A stretch of 63,972 bases of DNA, the filler included, from Klebsormidium nitens (Eukaryota > Plantae > Klebsormidiophyceae), in NCBI GenBank assembly GCA_000708835.1. It is 9 parts of 9 records of this genome, joined end to end, with 100 filler letters (N's around TTAATTAATTAA, not from the genome) between each part and the next. Parts side by side here need not be neighbours in the genome. Positions count along the whole stretch, not along the records: positions 1 to 27,404 come from DF237814.1; 8 more parts are not named here. One strand, 5' to 3'. The translations under genes were made by a program, and so were the position numbers. Shown here piece by piece: positions 1 through 17,600 of the stretch; position 1 is the first letter of the stretch; each line of letters opens with the position of its first letter. The notes beneath the pieces were generated by a model. That model had not been told where the DNA came from. It ran no database searches and saw only the letters and a program-made list of their open reading frames with translations.

Positions 1-782
1 GGCAGCGTGTGAACCCTGTCCAACCGTCACATCTCTGCTCTCCTGAAAGGTACCTCCGAGCTCGCACACGCTAGGCCTTACAATTGCAAACGAGCAGCCT
101 GACTTGGAAGCAGGACGGAGAAATCGAAGAAGCGAAAGCAGAATCTGTTCAGCAAAATCCTGCCAGAGAGAGGCAACTGTTATCTCACCTCCTGGTAAGC
201 GGCTCCACCCCTGGCGCAGGCTTCGAAGACCGCCTCCGACTGGAGTGTCTCCAGAATGACGTCAGCGTTGATGGGGCTAATGGGCTCGCCTAGGACACGA
301 TCAGACTCCTGTTGATGGAAAGTGGACGTTAGTATGTGCGGACAAGGCCCTGATCCGCATGCTAGTGCTTTGCTTATCGTTGTTGTACCCATGAATCAGA
401 CAATATAAATCCCAACACGCATGCAAACATGGTGAGAAAGTCGCGGACAGAGATCATTTAACGGACGCTGTGCAATGCTTGAGCAATGCTTGGGCACCCG
501 AAGCTTGACCATCAGAAGCAACCAAAGTTGACCGTTGAGAGCGGTAGGGCAGCGAAGTCGAACCGAGGCCGTTGAGCTTTCTAAGAAGTCATAGCAAACT
601 TGCAGCATCGCAGGGGGCTAGAAGCGTTGCTTATGACTACTCCTTTTCTTAAGTGTAAGTAATATGGATGAATCGGACATCATTGTATAAAATTTCAAAA
701 CAATCTAGATGACGAGAATGGTGGGGTGTTGAGCCCGGAGGATTTTTTGACAGGGGGAGTTGCACAAGAAGAGACACCACAC

Positions 783-2378
783 CTCTAGTTCTCGTCGCCG
801 TGCCTGTGCCCGCTCCCCCGTCTCTCCAAGCCGCCTATCCAACTCGTGCATTCTCTTCTTCACTCCGCCCCCGCTCTCTCTCCCATTCCGCTTGTCTCCA
901 GCCCCCTTGCATGACGCTGGCGCCACTCCGTCAATTCCCCTCGAATCAGCAGCTCTCCGCAAGCCCCAAGGAAGCAAACCGCCATTCCCGTTCGCTCCGC
1001 TGTCCAACAACGCCCCCCTCTTTTCGTCCATACTCGGCGCAAAGGTTCCGTCCGCCGCTCTCAACGTCACTGCCTCAAGCTCTCCTGCCAGCGAGTCAAC
1101 GTCTGCCCTCAAGTCTTCAAAAGAGCTCTCGCTGCTTAGCTCCTTCTTGTAGTCTAACCCGCTTCCAACCTGACCTTTCATCAAGCTCCCCTTGGAAAGC
1201 CCCTCTGTTTTACCCCACGTCTCATCCAGCGGCCCATCCTCAAAGCCTTCCTTTGAGCAACTTTCCAAATCTTCGTCCACTTCAAACCCACGGGCAACTC
1301 GTGCCAGTTTCTGGGTCAACGGCCCAGGCCCTTTCTCTAAACCCGCTTTCGGCGCCTTCGCCTCAGCCAACCCTCTCAGCACAGAATCAGCCTCAGGTGA
1401 CGTGGCAACCGTTGCCGGATACATCCTCAACACGTTTTCCTGGAAACCATACCCCCCTGCTGCACGCCCCTGGTCAAAAGCTGCCCCACGCAAGCCAAGG
1501 GGGTCCTCCCCAAGTTCGACGCTGACGTCAGTAGGGCGCTTGCGCGCCCGCCCCCTGATCTGGCAGGAGCCGCCGCTCGCAGCCCCGCTGAGGCCAGCAC
1601 GGCCCGCGCCGACCTCAGCAGAGCTCCTGCCCACGTCAAAGCTCACGCCGACATCACCGATGCTTCCCCTGACATCCGTAGAGCTCCCGCCGAAGTTTGC
1701 CAAGCTTACGCTTACATCAGCGGGCCTCGCCTCCGGGCCACCGCTGACGTCATCCATCTCAAAGTCCATTAGGAAGGTCTCGACGGGGTCTCCTTGGCGG
1801 CTCCAGTCCTCCTCCCCCAAGTCCCCAGACTCAAGGGAGCCCAGACTGCGACCCCCCTCCAGGGAACCAAAATCGCCGAGCTCATCTAGCATCTCAAGCC
1901 CCTCGCCCGCAAAAGGATCGCTCGGAGACAGCAGAGGGGATGCTCCGTTTCGGGGGGGTAGCTGCGACACCGACGAGCTTGAGGAGAGGCTCCCGACGGG
2001 GGTGGTGAGGTCCCCCCCGAATTGGAGTCCGCTCAAGGGGGGGGATGGGGCGGCGTTGAAAGAGGCCGTGAGAGGGATCCCCCCACGGCGTGCAGCTGGG
2101 GAGGGGGGAGCAACTCCGGCCCTCGCGGGGGGGGCGCTCACACGGGGCAGTTCCGAGGCCAGAAGGTCGAAGTAGGCGTGAATCGCGGCGCGCGCAAACA
2201 TGCTCGTGTGGTTCTTGAAGAAGTGGACGTTGGCGTCGGTGCGGAGCGCCGCGATTTTGTCGGGGTGGTGTCGGACGTGCGCAAAGATGGCGTCGAGGAC
2301 AGCGTAGAGCTCGGGAAGGTCGAACGACTGGGCGCGAAGCTTGTACTTGTCGAAGGGTAGGGGGAACCAGTCAGGCAT
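783..2378 (-). CDS. Large internal exon of a multi-exon hypothetical protein (Ser/Gly/acidic low-complexity middle, coiled-coil-like end)
   Basis: Long open frame within ORF 705..2465. Acceptor (tctctttacAG) precedes MPDWFPLPF at 2378; GT donor follows ...RRRELE at 782. Further small minus-strand exon candidates lie at ~2572-2750. Family not recognised. Confidence 0.7.
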
Positions 2379-3220
2379 CTGTAAAGAGAGCGGAGTAGAA
2401 CTTGCAAATAAGTGTGATGGCGGAGAAAAGACAAGGGGGGCTTTGCTGGAGAAAGCGGAGACCAATCTACAGATGTGAACAGAGGGATATGATTTGGAGA
2501 AGCAGTAAACAATGAAAGAGGATGTGAGAAGAAGTGTTCAGACCGTTTTTCACAGACTGAAGCTCACCCTACCTGTACTTTTGAACAATCCGAGAGTTGC
2601 ATGCAGTAAGTAGTAGAATAATATCTAACCTGCTGGGATCAAAGCCGAACCTTTGGACTTGAAAATTGCTGAAGATACTCAGCAACAGCACAACGCCAGG
2701 ATTGGACGGACCTCAAGAAACATTGATATATCAATGGGAGGCCGTACTACGCTGCACAGTTTACAGGGGAGCGTTTACATTGGCAGCAGTTGCCTGTGAC
2801 CGCGGGATCTTGTACTTGTTGACCTTGTTCACACCAACAATCAGGGCAGCCACCAAAGGGTGAAGACGGTTCCACGTGCTTGACTTGTCCCAAAACGTCT
2901 GCAGAGGGCAGCAGCCTCCCCTCGCTCCATACCACGAGAGGCCTGCACAATCCAGGGGGGTTCTGCGTCAAGAGGATGACTGTGGAGGGTTTGGCAGTTG
3001 TTACATCCATTCTGTGCTGGGGGGTGAGAGTATATGGCTGTGCTTGTGTCCAGGACAGCTGCTCAATGCTAGCTTGCTGTGAGGAGGATTTCCAGCTCTC
3101 TGTCTATCGTGTTAGTAGGAGGCGTGACTTTCTTCACTTATGCCAAATGCAAGAGCCTGATTGAGCCAGGAAACAGACTTTGCTGTTTGAAGAGTGTATG
3201 CATTTCATAGGGCTAGGAGA

Positions 3221-3310
3221 TAATACACAGACTCTACTAAGCATCCCCCAATAATATACAGACTCTACTAAGCATCCCCGAATAGTATACAGACTCTACT
3301 AAGCATCCCC
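3221..3310. repeat. 31-bp minisatellite, 3 copies (core CAGACTCTACTAAGCATCCCC)
   Basis: Core starts at 3228, 3259 and 3290. Confidence 0.9.
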
Positions 3311-5179
3311 TAACGCATTGTCCATGCTGGATGGAGTAATCTGAAAATCACCACAAAAGAATGTTGACAGTGAGGGTCAACTGCAGCACATTGCACTTGT
3401 CTCTGACAACCTTGAACATCCAGGCACGCCTCAGACTTCAATTGTTAGCAATCTGACTTTGCAGAGAAAAGTGCAACACTTTGAATTGGGACAGTCTCCC
3501 AACCTTCTGCCATTCGGTCAGATTCCTCTTGCTCAGTTGACAATTCCCAAGGGTAACATGAATTTGCATGTTGTGAGTCAAGTTTGAAGTAGAACTGTGA
3601 AGTGGACTTCATTAACAGGACATCAGGCTGAGCACGGTCAATTGTCCCCTTCCAGCATGTTCTTTACTTGTTTTCGTCCAAGCGCAGTCGACCATGTGCG
3701 CACCCTGAAAACTCTGTTGCTACAAAGGTTGCGGATTGACAGCTTTTGGCCAGAAGGTCCTTCAATCCAAGAATCCTTCAATTCAAACCTCCTCCGGTCT
3801 TTCAGCTGAAACTTTCAAAGAAATCCACATGCCAGAATACCAGACTGAGCGAAGCCAATGATATAAACTCCAAGTCACTGAGGTAGATGCTCTGTCAGTG
3901 ACATAGAACCAGCTAGAATCCACCTTGGCGCCACCAGTTCATAGGGCCGTCTGATTGTACAACCTATGACTCAATGTTTGCATCTCCATCGTACTCCATA
4001 AAGCAACGTGCCTACAAGTGGAATAACAAGGTTTGAGATATCAAGGTATAAGGTTTGTGGTACAAGGTATAAGGAATAAGGTAGAAGGCATAAGTGCTCA
4101 CCTTGCTGCGGCCCTCTCCACATCAAGCATCAGCGCCGGCCCATACTGCACCACTGAGGCTCTGTGAGAAACCTCCGAACGCCTGCCCCTCCTCTGGAAC
4201 AACAATCCAGATGAAACCCCTTGCGTTCTTCTCGTGCGCAAGCGTTTCGATGCTGGCTCTCGTGATTGCATACAAGTCCATGGTGCTCGTACTTGCACCT
4301 TCCATTGCAACGTGGTTTAAGATCAGTACCACAAGTGATGCCGGCGCAGCAAACTGAACAAAGACATGATACAAACACTGTATAGAAGACCTGGAAAGGA
4401 CTTTCAAAAGCTGTGAACCTTGGGCAGGAAACCCAATGGAGTGCCTGCAGAAACGCTTTCTCTTGCTTTCAACCCTCTTCCTTTTGGTGCTGCAAAGCTT
4501 CACACAAGAAATCTGCACAGGTTGGTTGTCCAAAGGAATGGCGCCTTCCAATTTCACTGTTCACAGATTTTCCTAATTGTTGATACCGAAGTTGTAAGCA
4601 TAAAGACTTAGTTGCAATCGCTTGCAGGGCAGCGGCATTTCTCACTCTTCCTCGACTGTCACGACACCCAGAGTGGCTGTGGAAGGTTACCAAAATTACA
4701 GAATGTGAAAAGGCCCCCTGCTACGGAATCTTTTTGGGAGAATCTCGCCGGGGGTCCCCCAACCCGCAGCTGACCTCCTGCTGACGTCAGAATCTTTCGC
4801 AAAGCTTTTGAGCGCGAGCATATGTGCTGCCATGGCGCCCTGATGAGGGGCATTGCCTCGTGCAAAAGTTATGAGATCAGAGAAGAATGGTGAACAACTT
4901 GCCAATGCTACCTAGGTCCTAGGACCTAGGTTCTAGAACTTTTCAGCAGCAGAACGAATTGCTGCATGCAAAGCTGTGTCCTCCTTTCAGCCTCCTTTCA
5001 GCTCGTATCAGGGGTTGATTTCTAGCTCCGATTTCGCTCAGACTTGCTCGCTTTCTAATATCGCCACTAACATTGCTGAGCCCCACATTTTAAGTTTCTC
5101 GCCTGGTGACAGCTGCTTGCAGCATTTTGAATCCCTTCAAAGGAAGTCTCTGTCCGCATCCGATCTCTTACCTAGCAGA

Positions 5180-7843
5180 ATGGTGTGCAAGGAGTGCGTT
5201 GACGTCGGGTTCACTTGGGATGGAGAGCCAGTGGGGAAGGAAGTGGACCTGAATGGGATCAAGGCCTATGTGGCTATGCCAGCAAAGGAGACCAACAAGG
5301 CTGTGATTCTGGCAAGTGGTGAGTATCATTAAGTACTATGAGTTCTACAAAGCACAATTTGGACTGGGTTTGGACACATTGAGAGGATCTTACGAATGCT
5401 GCTCACAATTAGCACTAGCAGTATTCAGACGTGGTCAGGGAAGTGATGTAGCTTTTGCGCACGTCAGTACAGGCAGAAAGATCCTTCTGTCTAAGTGGTA
5501 AGCCTGATGGAGAACTGTCAGATATTTCAGCAGCGACACATATGCCTTTGAATCAAAGAGCAAAGCAGTCCTAAATCAGCGTGTCTGCATTGCGTTAGGG
5601 TGCTACTTGGATCGATCTTAAATATGAGTGTCAGATCTGCGTTTGGAACCATAGTCGCCACTGGTCAAAGTACTCTCCGGGTGGAGCAAGCTCCGTCTGG
5701 CTAGTTAGTCAATCACAGCTGAAAGCCTTTGAAGGACCTTCAAGCTGTGCTTGCTCCGTTCTTCTCTGGACAAAGTTTCCAGCTTTCACCATTAAACATG
5801 GGCTTCTCACCATGAGGGTTCAAGTAGGCAGCTGCTCCTTTAGATCACCACCTGCACTAGCACGCCTTTGACAGATTCTTTTCATGTCCAATCACTTACA
5901 ACCTGGTCAGCTATGCCAGCCATCTCACAGACTTGGACACTTTCCAAACGTAGCTGTTCTTCAATACATGTGGTCTTCACTGAAGTTTCTTTTCCATATT
6001 TGTTTGCATAAGAAGTTTTTATTTGTCATCGGTGTCAGATGCATCTTGCCATGCCCTCCTCCAGGACTGAGCGCGAACTGTGTTGCATACTTGTCGCTAT
6101 GAGGTGACGTATGATCGCCTCTGCCTGCTCAGTGCTATGGCAGTACTCAGATCATAGATGTGTGGAGGCTCAGAGCTACAGAGACAGCAGCAGGTTCATC
6201 TTGTTGGGTCTGACCAGCTTGGCTTGATACCACACTCTTCTGACATGTGCATACTGTCATCCTTGGGAGACATTCTCAGAATATCCTGTTCCCATAAGCC
6301 TCTTGTCAAATTACCCTGACAAGCAAGACACAACCAAGAGCTTCAAACCTACTCACTGACGTATCTGAGCGTCTGCCTCAGCACTTGTTTTTAAACATGT
6401 TAAACGGACCGTATATTGCAAACTTGTGAAACCTGGGGGAGTGTCCTGTCTCCACTTTGAAGGTTGAAAGATTGATGCGGTTTGATACTCTTTTCGCCCT
6501 CAGCTCAATGAAACTTTCTAGAGCTCGGAGCAATGTCCTTTCCTCAGCCCCGCAACTGTGCAGCGTATCTCAAGTAAAAGCAGGAGCTTCAAACATACTC
6601 GTTGCCTTTTTTCTTCTATGCCAAGATTTGGAACCTGATCAGAAGCCTGCTTACTACTTTGGCTGTCCCTTCTGCTTTGAGCCCTCGAAGTTCTACAGCA
6701 GTCCTGTTTGCCGAAGACCTTCTTTTGCCATGTTTGAGCCGTCCCTCATGCCATAAGGCTGCCGAACTACTGATTTCGTCCTCTCGTTCTGCGTTGCGTG
6801 TTTCGTACTCCTTATAATCTGTCATTCTCCCCTGTTATTCCCTGCTCTCTTTGCTTGAGAGAAACATTCGTTCTCGCTACTTGAGAAGTCCTTGTTTTCT
6901 TCGGCCTTCCCTTTCAGCACTCTTTGGATCGGACCTACTGAGTCCCGTTTCCACTCTTCGACAACAGAGACAGCACCATCCTTGTCTCCAAGGGTTTTCC
7001 GATCTGTCCTCTATCCTAGAACACGCAGCTCCGAGATGGAACTGATTTCATCTGTTTGCGGGACGGTTCTTATGGTTTCAAGAAGAGATCATGATCAGTC
7101 ATACGAAAAGAAACTGACAGCAACTTCTATCATTCTCTGCAGACGTGTTCGGTTACATCATCAAGAACCTCTGCTCATCGGTCTGTTAGAGATCCTTTCC
7201 TTACAAGATACCGACGTTCCTTCCATCTCGACGAATTATCAAACGAAAGCTTTGATTGTTTTTCGCAGATGTCTTCGGGTACGACAAGAAGAACCCCCGC
7301 CTGTATGCCGACCGCCTCGCTGAAGCGGGTTTCCTCGCGGTCCTCCCTGACCTCATTAAGGGCGACCCGATGACCAACTTCGCGGAGAAGGACGCGTGGC
7401 TCGCACGTCACCCCTTTGACGAAGTCGAGTCGATGCTGACGTCAGTCCTGGAGGCCGTGGCGAAGGACCACGGGGCGACGTCGTTCGGCGTCGTCGGGTT
7501 CTGCTGGGGGGGGCACTTCGCCGCGAAGCTGGCGGCGACCGATAATGTCAAGGCGGTGGTTATCAACCACGGTTCGATGCTGAAGCAGGAGCATATCGAC
7601 GCGCTGAAGCAGCCCGCGCTGTTCAACTGCAACGAGAACGACCCGCAGATCCCGGACGAGTTCCGCGCGAGGATCTGGGAGACGCTCAAGGCGAAGGACA
7701 ACGGCAGCGCGGTGAACCTGTTCCTCGGCAAGGGCGTGACGCACGGGTTCTCGCTGCGGGGAGACGATAAGGACCCGGTCGTGTCGCAGGCGGCGAAGGC
7801 GGCGTTTGTCGCTGGGGCGGACTTCTTCAGTCACTACTTATGA
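5180..7843 (+). CDS. Dienelactone hydrolase family protein (alpha/beta hydrolase), 2 exons (5180-5318, 7269-7843), ~237 aa
   Basis: Exon 1 MVCKECVDVGFTWDGEPVG...KAVILAS|GTGAGT splices in phase to ttcgcAG|DVFGY. Nucleophile motif GFCWGG and C-terminal HGF motif are present. Confidence 0.92.
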
Positions 7844-9704
7844 AGGTCGGAGCTGAGCAGTAGCCAGAGCAGGTTATAGAGGCATGCAATGGAAAAGCAG
7901 TAAGGAGGTATCCGCACAGTCAAACAAAGGTCAGAAGAGTCCGGTCAATCGACAATTCTAGTAGGTAGGTGTAGAATATCATATGCATGCTTAGATGAAC
8001 TTGGAGGGATCAGCAGCAGGACGTGCAGAATTCCCCGTTATTCTTGAAAAAATGTCGACTAGCTCTGGTAATTGGGGAGGATCAACATTTTATTGTTAGT
8101 GATCATGCGGCCTGTTCCGGTGGCAACATAACTTCATGATCTAGCTTTGGATGCGATTGCCCTCATTCGTTCCTCAAGTAGAAACATGTGTGCTGCACTA
8201 TGCATGGAAGGCCATGCAGGCGCGCATTGTGACTCGGATCAATCATGAAGTGGGAGAACGTATCACTCGTGAAACTCAATGATTCATGCACTGGTTGTCA
8301 GCTAGTGATATGGAACCAAACCCTCGCCGAGCTTGCTGTCTGCCCGGCGCCCCTTTTACAGAAATGTCCAGCAGCATCTCCTAGGTTGCCTCGTAGCTTA
8401 CTCACTGCAGCGCAGCATGGAGTGAAACGGCATACGCACCTGCAGCTTAATTGCTCAGTCTATGAGACCTGCCGGCAAATTGCAAATCAGGGCGGCGGCC
8501 ACCTTCGCATGGATGTATGGCACGTTGCGCAGCACAACCATGCGACCATGATTGACTCAGGGTAGTGAGTTCGACTGCCATGCCATCTTTAGCCTGTGCA
8601 ACTTACAGCCAATGTCTGCGACATTTGCGTCTGTCCATGCCTGACCAGCAGATTCGGTCCTATAGCGCATGACCTTAAAGGCTCCCATGGTTCCAGTTGG
8701 TCGACGCGTGCTGCCGCATATTAGTGTGATATAAGTCCATGCATATCAGTCTGAAGCTAGCTGGCTTGCGGGCCTCATCATTGGAATCGTTGGCATACGC
8801 GACTTCAAATCATGGCTGCTAGCATCCATGAAGCATTAAACAAAATGCATCAGCTTTCTATCAAGGGTTTGCTCATGCCAAGCACAGCTGTACAGAAGTA
8901 CTGTACAGAAGTACTAAATGCGAGAGAAGAGTGAATGCAGCTCGGAGGGCTTCATCAAGCGCTTTCTCACCAAAGTGCAACCATCACTCAAAACCAGACC
9001 AAAGTGACTCAAAAAAGGGCTGTTTCTGATGGATCGCATGAGGGCGGCCAAATCTTCTCTAAAGGCTCAGTTTCGTCTTCGTACTGCTGCAGTAAGAATG
9101 TAATGTCTCCACTATCTCCAGATAGCGCAAAAATATCCCCGGCGCAAAGCTCAAGCCAGGCAAGTGCGAATCAGCACGTCACACGGACAGCGGGTGGCGG
9201 TTTGAGGAGCATGGCAATGCAATAGACTTTTCGCAAAGAAGATATGACAAAGTGAACAAGACAAAATGAACGGAGATTAGATAAGCCATGCAAACCTATG
9301 GATGCAGGATGGAACGTAAGCGAGAACAGGCAGAGTACTTTATTGCGTTTATTCCATGGACCAGGACTGTTCAATGTCAGATGTGTCAGTAAAACCCCAG
9401 AGTTACAACCGCATTTGCGGCACTTGCTGGATTCAAAACCCTGCCTGTCAAAACTGCCAGCTCTCTTTTGCTAATGGCCTCCCTACTCAAGGCTGTGGTA
9501 CCGACGTCCGCACATCAAGAAGCCAACCTCCCTTTTCCACGCCCCTTGCATGCTGATGCCCCACATTGCGCACCCCAACAGCTCTCATTGCTGCATTCTG
9601 GCCTCCTCCATCCCTCCGTCCCTTACCTAGATCTGCTCAGCCCTTTTACCCCTCCCCTTCTCCAACACAGATCTGCTCTGACTCAACACCGTACCTAACC
9701 AGAT

Positions 9705-10160
9705 CTACGAGCTTGGCTTCAGGAGACCGCTGACTACTGAAGAAGCAACCAGCAGCGCGACCACGTCAGCAACAACGACCGCCCCCGCCTTCGTCAACTT
9801 GTCCTCTGGCGTTGACACCTTTACGCTGGGAGCCGAGAAAGAGGGAGCAGAGAAAGAGTCGAAGAAGTTTCCGGACGCCTCCTTTGCATTTTCTACCGCA
9901 TTGTCTACAGCCTTAGTAGCCTTCTTTTTGAGCCCGAAGAGGGGGATGTCCTTTGCCTGGGCGGGTTCAACAACGGGCCCTGCTGCAAGGAAAGCGACAG
10001 CCGCGGCGGCGGCAATGCTGACTGCTACCTTCCTGCGCTCCTCAGAGCTGCAGGTAACTTTGCAGGCGGTGGCGCGCCTGTGAGAGGCTGAGGGAGCGCT
10101 GGCGAGAGGTGCCGCAAGGAAGGTAGAGGCAGAGGAAGCGAGAACCACCGCGGACGCCAT
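9705..10160 (-). CDS. Chloroplast/thylakoid-targeted small protein resembling the plant YCF37-like protein (At2g23670 type)
   Basis: Ser/Ala-rich transit peptide, RR plus hydrophobic stretch and AQA cleavage motif, then KDIPLFGLKKK and a C-terminal hydrophobic segment (AGAVVVADVVALLVASSVVSGLL). Family assignment is from memory of the plant sequence. Confidence 0.7.
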   Translation of the reverse strand: MASAVVLASSASTFLAAPLASAPSASHRRATACKVTCSSEERRKVAVSIAAAAAVAFLAAGPVVEPAQAKDIPLFGLKKKATKAVDNAVENAKEASGNFFDSFSAPSFSAPSVKVSTPEDKLTKAGAVVVADVVALLVASSVVSGLLKPSS

Positions 10161-10383
10161 TGTTGCAGGTCTGTAAAGACGCGACTAATACTACTAGGTA
10201 ATAGGTACAATGTGGCGCCTTCAGCTTGAAGTTGAGCTGCGCTTCTCAGCATTGCAATGCTGTCCCTGGGCTTTGAAGTTTGAATATCGTGAAACCTGTA
10301 GATTTTGAGTGATATTCGGCGACGTTTTGGCCTGCGTCCGTGCTAAACTTCCGCCGAACTCCATTAACGCCTATAAACCTATG

Positions 10384-10454
10384 AAACCCTACCTATCACC
10401 AATTATGCAAACAATCGGTGAAGCACAGCATTCCAAAACCCTAGTACCTAGGTA
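10384..10454 (+). promoter_or_regulatory. Two telo-box motifs (AAACCCTA at 10384-10391 and 10436-10443) plus a TACCTAGGTA palindrome in the divergent YCF37-like/RPL10 promoter
   Basis: Exact motifs seen between the head-to-head ATGs at 10160 (-) and 10762 (+). Telo-boxes are established elements of plant ribosomal-protein promoters. Confidence 0.55.
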
Positions 10455-10761
10455 TGTAAAGGTGTACGAAAAGTTCGACACATCGACTTTCGAAGGATCG
10501 AACCGCTTCCAGCTGGCGCCGCGGGGCCTCTTCGTCGCTGCTTCCGTCACCCCTCCAGAAACCGCTCCCGAGTCTGTGCTGGACGTTTCTGGAAGGGCCC
10601 CGTGGCCGCAAAACTCTCTGCTCAAAGTTTCGGCGTGTATTTGAGTGAGCAAATTGAGAAGGGGGATCATTTCTCAGCCGCGCGTTGCGGCTTCTTCCTC
10701 TTTCTTGTGCACAGCTTGGATAGGAAGGGCGCCAGCCAGGAACGCAAGGGAGTGGAGCAAG

Positions 10762-14623
<3,862 letters not shown>

Positions 14624-17600
14624 GGGCAAACTGCTCTTTTAGCTGATCGCCTGGACTTCGTAGACACAAACGATGTTCGGAAGTTGTGGATTGAGTTTGG
14701 TCCACGCCTGTAAAGGTTTTGCCAAGGAGTGTGTTCAGCTGGTTTACCTGGATACATATGCGTCATGTCGAAAGTTCCTTGTATGTCACACGAGCAGTTC
14801 CTGACGGGGTTGCCATGTAATGCACTGGACATGAATCTTCTAGATATTTGTGTGTCATGGTGCGCCGGCTCTGTTCCGACCAGTTGTGATGCTAGTGTTG
14901 GATTGGTCCGCCCACATAATACATATCTGGAATAGCCGTCTGTATTCGCGTCGAAATTGTGCAAAGGCCGGCCAAGAAGCTCGGTTAGGTAAGAGCATGT
15001 ATTGAATGAGGTCCTTTTCTAAGCATCACTCATCATTGAGTGCATCCATGTCATGGTCGATTGGCACGAGAATTCCCATTATATGGAGCTATATTGCATG
15101 CCAGCCTGTAATGGCAAATTTACGAAGTTGCCTAGAGCGATGTTATCAGATCAAATGCGCGCGAGATATTTTGTGATTTGTTGAATATTAGAGTGAATTT
15201 TCGAAATTTCTCCTTCGAGCTAGCTAGCCTAGTAGCGCAGTAATTCCGAATGTGTGAATCTTAACAACCCAGTGGTGCATGCATGAACCCCGAGCCGCCC
15301 ACGTAATCTGCAGCGCATGGCGTCAGCCTGGCGAGACGTTGAAGCCGATGCTCCTGTTGATCAAAATCATGCAACCGGTTAGGGTATCTTGTGGCGCAAC
15401 TTTCCTGCGGCTGCCGCCATTAACCGCGCATGTCACCATTGAGGCCCGGGCCGGTCGGACCGATGCACACTAACAAAAAAGGTGGCCTTGATACGTACTT
15501 GTAGCACGGTCCAGAAATAATATTCAGTGCGGCCCATTGCTTTTCTATACTGACACGTCAATATGGGTATTGAGGGTTTAATAGCGTCCAAGGAGGTCTT
15601 GCACATGGCATCGTGTCAGAACAATTCTGCAGGGGCGTCTGGAACCGTCTCCGAAAATAAAACCGGCCACCAGCCCCCCCCTCTCCTAGCTAGAATGCTT
15701 GATTTCCCTAGGGGTAAATGTTGCCCCTATATGTTGCCCCCACTGGCCTCCAGCACCCCCCCCACGAGGGCCAATTTGATTTGGAGTTCGATTCGGACGC
15801 CCTTGCACATATGTGTTGGGCATGTGTTATGACACCATGCCCATCAAGCGCACTCTTGCCGCCTCTCATCTTTTGAAGCTCGAGTCGGAAGTAGGTAAAT
15901 CTCTCTCAAAGCTCTTGAATGATGAAAAAAGTCTTCTATCAGGACGCGGCCTCGTCTCAAACATTTTGTCATCTCCGCTTGCACTGGCTCATCGCGATCC
16001 AAGCTAGAGAAGCTCTGAAGTCGTCTGTCGTGGTAATTTGCGATTTTGAAGGCCGCCCTGGAACAAACGCGGCTACGAGTGAAGTCCTTGAGAGAATGGT
16101 CTTTTGTAATTTTGCTCGACCGGTTTATTCGCGTCTATAAGATGGTTACCGCCCTGTTTAAAGAATACTCCAGACACCCTCGTGTAATTCAAGTCTATAA
16201 TAGGACTTGCCAACGCAGTTTCGCATTCCGTTTGTTCAGATTTCCTGTGTAGTGTGACAGTTGCCGAGTCCTTTCAAGCCTTCGTCTGCTGCCTAGATCA
16301 TCCACAAGCTAGACCGCTTACAGAGAGGTTTTTTTCCCCCCCCTTAACCATGGATGGTATGGGATGGTTATGGTTGGTCAGAGAATGGTTGTGTGTCCAG
16401 TAACCAGACTTGGGCTCTAACCAGCTCCAGAACAAGGTTAAAGTCCAGTTTTGTCCCCTGACTGAGACTGAGTCTGGTAATCAGGCTGGTTTAAGCCAAA
16501 ACGTGCTATGAAATCAACCTACAAGCGTACCTTTTATATCTTTCTTACAGATCGGGTCAGGGAGGAGGACCGGCTAGCGTACCACTCCTATTTGGCAAAA
16601 CAAGCTGCGGCTGACAATGTTCCACAATCGTGGAGAGACCGGTGGCTGCAAATGGCCGCGAAGATTGGTGAGTAGAATCTTTGCCGGCCTGTAGATATAG
16701 GCTTCGGATTCAATGGTCATGCATTTGTTCACACAATTGCTTTTAGAACGTATGCTTCGATAGGGATCAAGCGATTAAATTGCTTCACGCTCAATGTCAT
16801 TAAACCAACGCGGCCAGGATGCACCAGTCGAGATTGGCCGGTTTTCTGAGCATGTAATCTTGAAACCAGCGCCGAGAAACGGAACGCTCGTTTGACGCTC
16901 GTAGCTGGGATATGTTGTGCTGGTCATCTCGCAAGCCCAGTGCACGTAGGTTCAAGCCGGTTCTACTCGTCCCTCCTCACACGCTTGATTATGAGGTCGA
17001 TCGCGAGGTAGTTCAGAGTTTGCCAAAGGGAAAAGCCCCTTCTCCAATTCGGGCAGAATCTGACTGAACAGAATCAAGTCGAGGTGCCATGAGGAGACTT
17101 CCATGCGGTCCCAATCACGGCACAAACAATGGCACTGCGTCTTAGAACCGATTCCGATTTTGGCGCAGATGCACACCTGGCGGGCTTGAAAGCAGATACG
17201 GAGGCCGAGAACGTGACGCCACCTCCGAACTGTACTGCAGCAAACCAAGTCTTCCAAGGCTCGCCACCGGGACACGTCAAGACCTCCGTCAGCCCTGCGA
17301 GACTGTAGAAAGTCCCGGAGAATTGTACCATTAAGGCTTGATTCATGATCGGCGAATCGACGAGGTTGAACAGTTTAGGATACTCATGCAAGCTGAGGTT
17401 TACAGGCATGATGAAGCAGGCAAAGAGGCACCGAGAACTCGATGATCGCGTGCATACTTTGAGAATGTTTTTCGTTGAATATTGTGAAGCTCCTCTGCAT
17501 GGTGCGAGCCTTACACATGCCGTCTCTCTGCATACACATGATTTTCGTATGTGAAAGCTCGTTCAAGACACACTGTGCGAGTTGGCCTCGGACATTATGT

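Noticed and set aside
16952-17409. Minus-strand ORFs as a possible gene
   Set aside because: No domain or consistent splice model could be supported.
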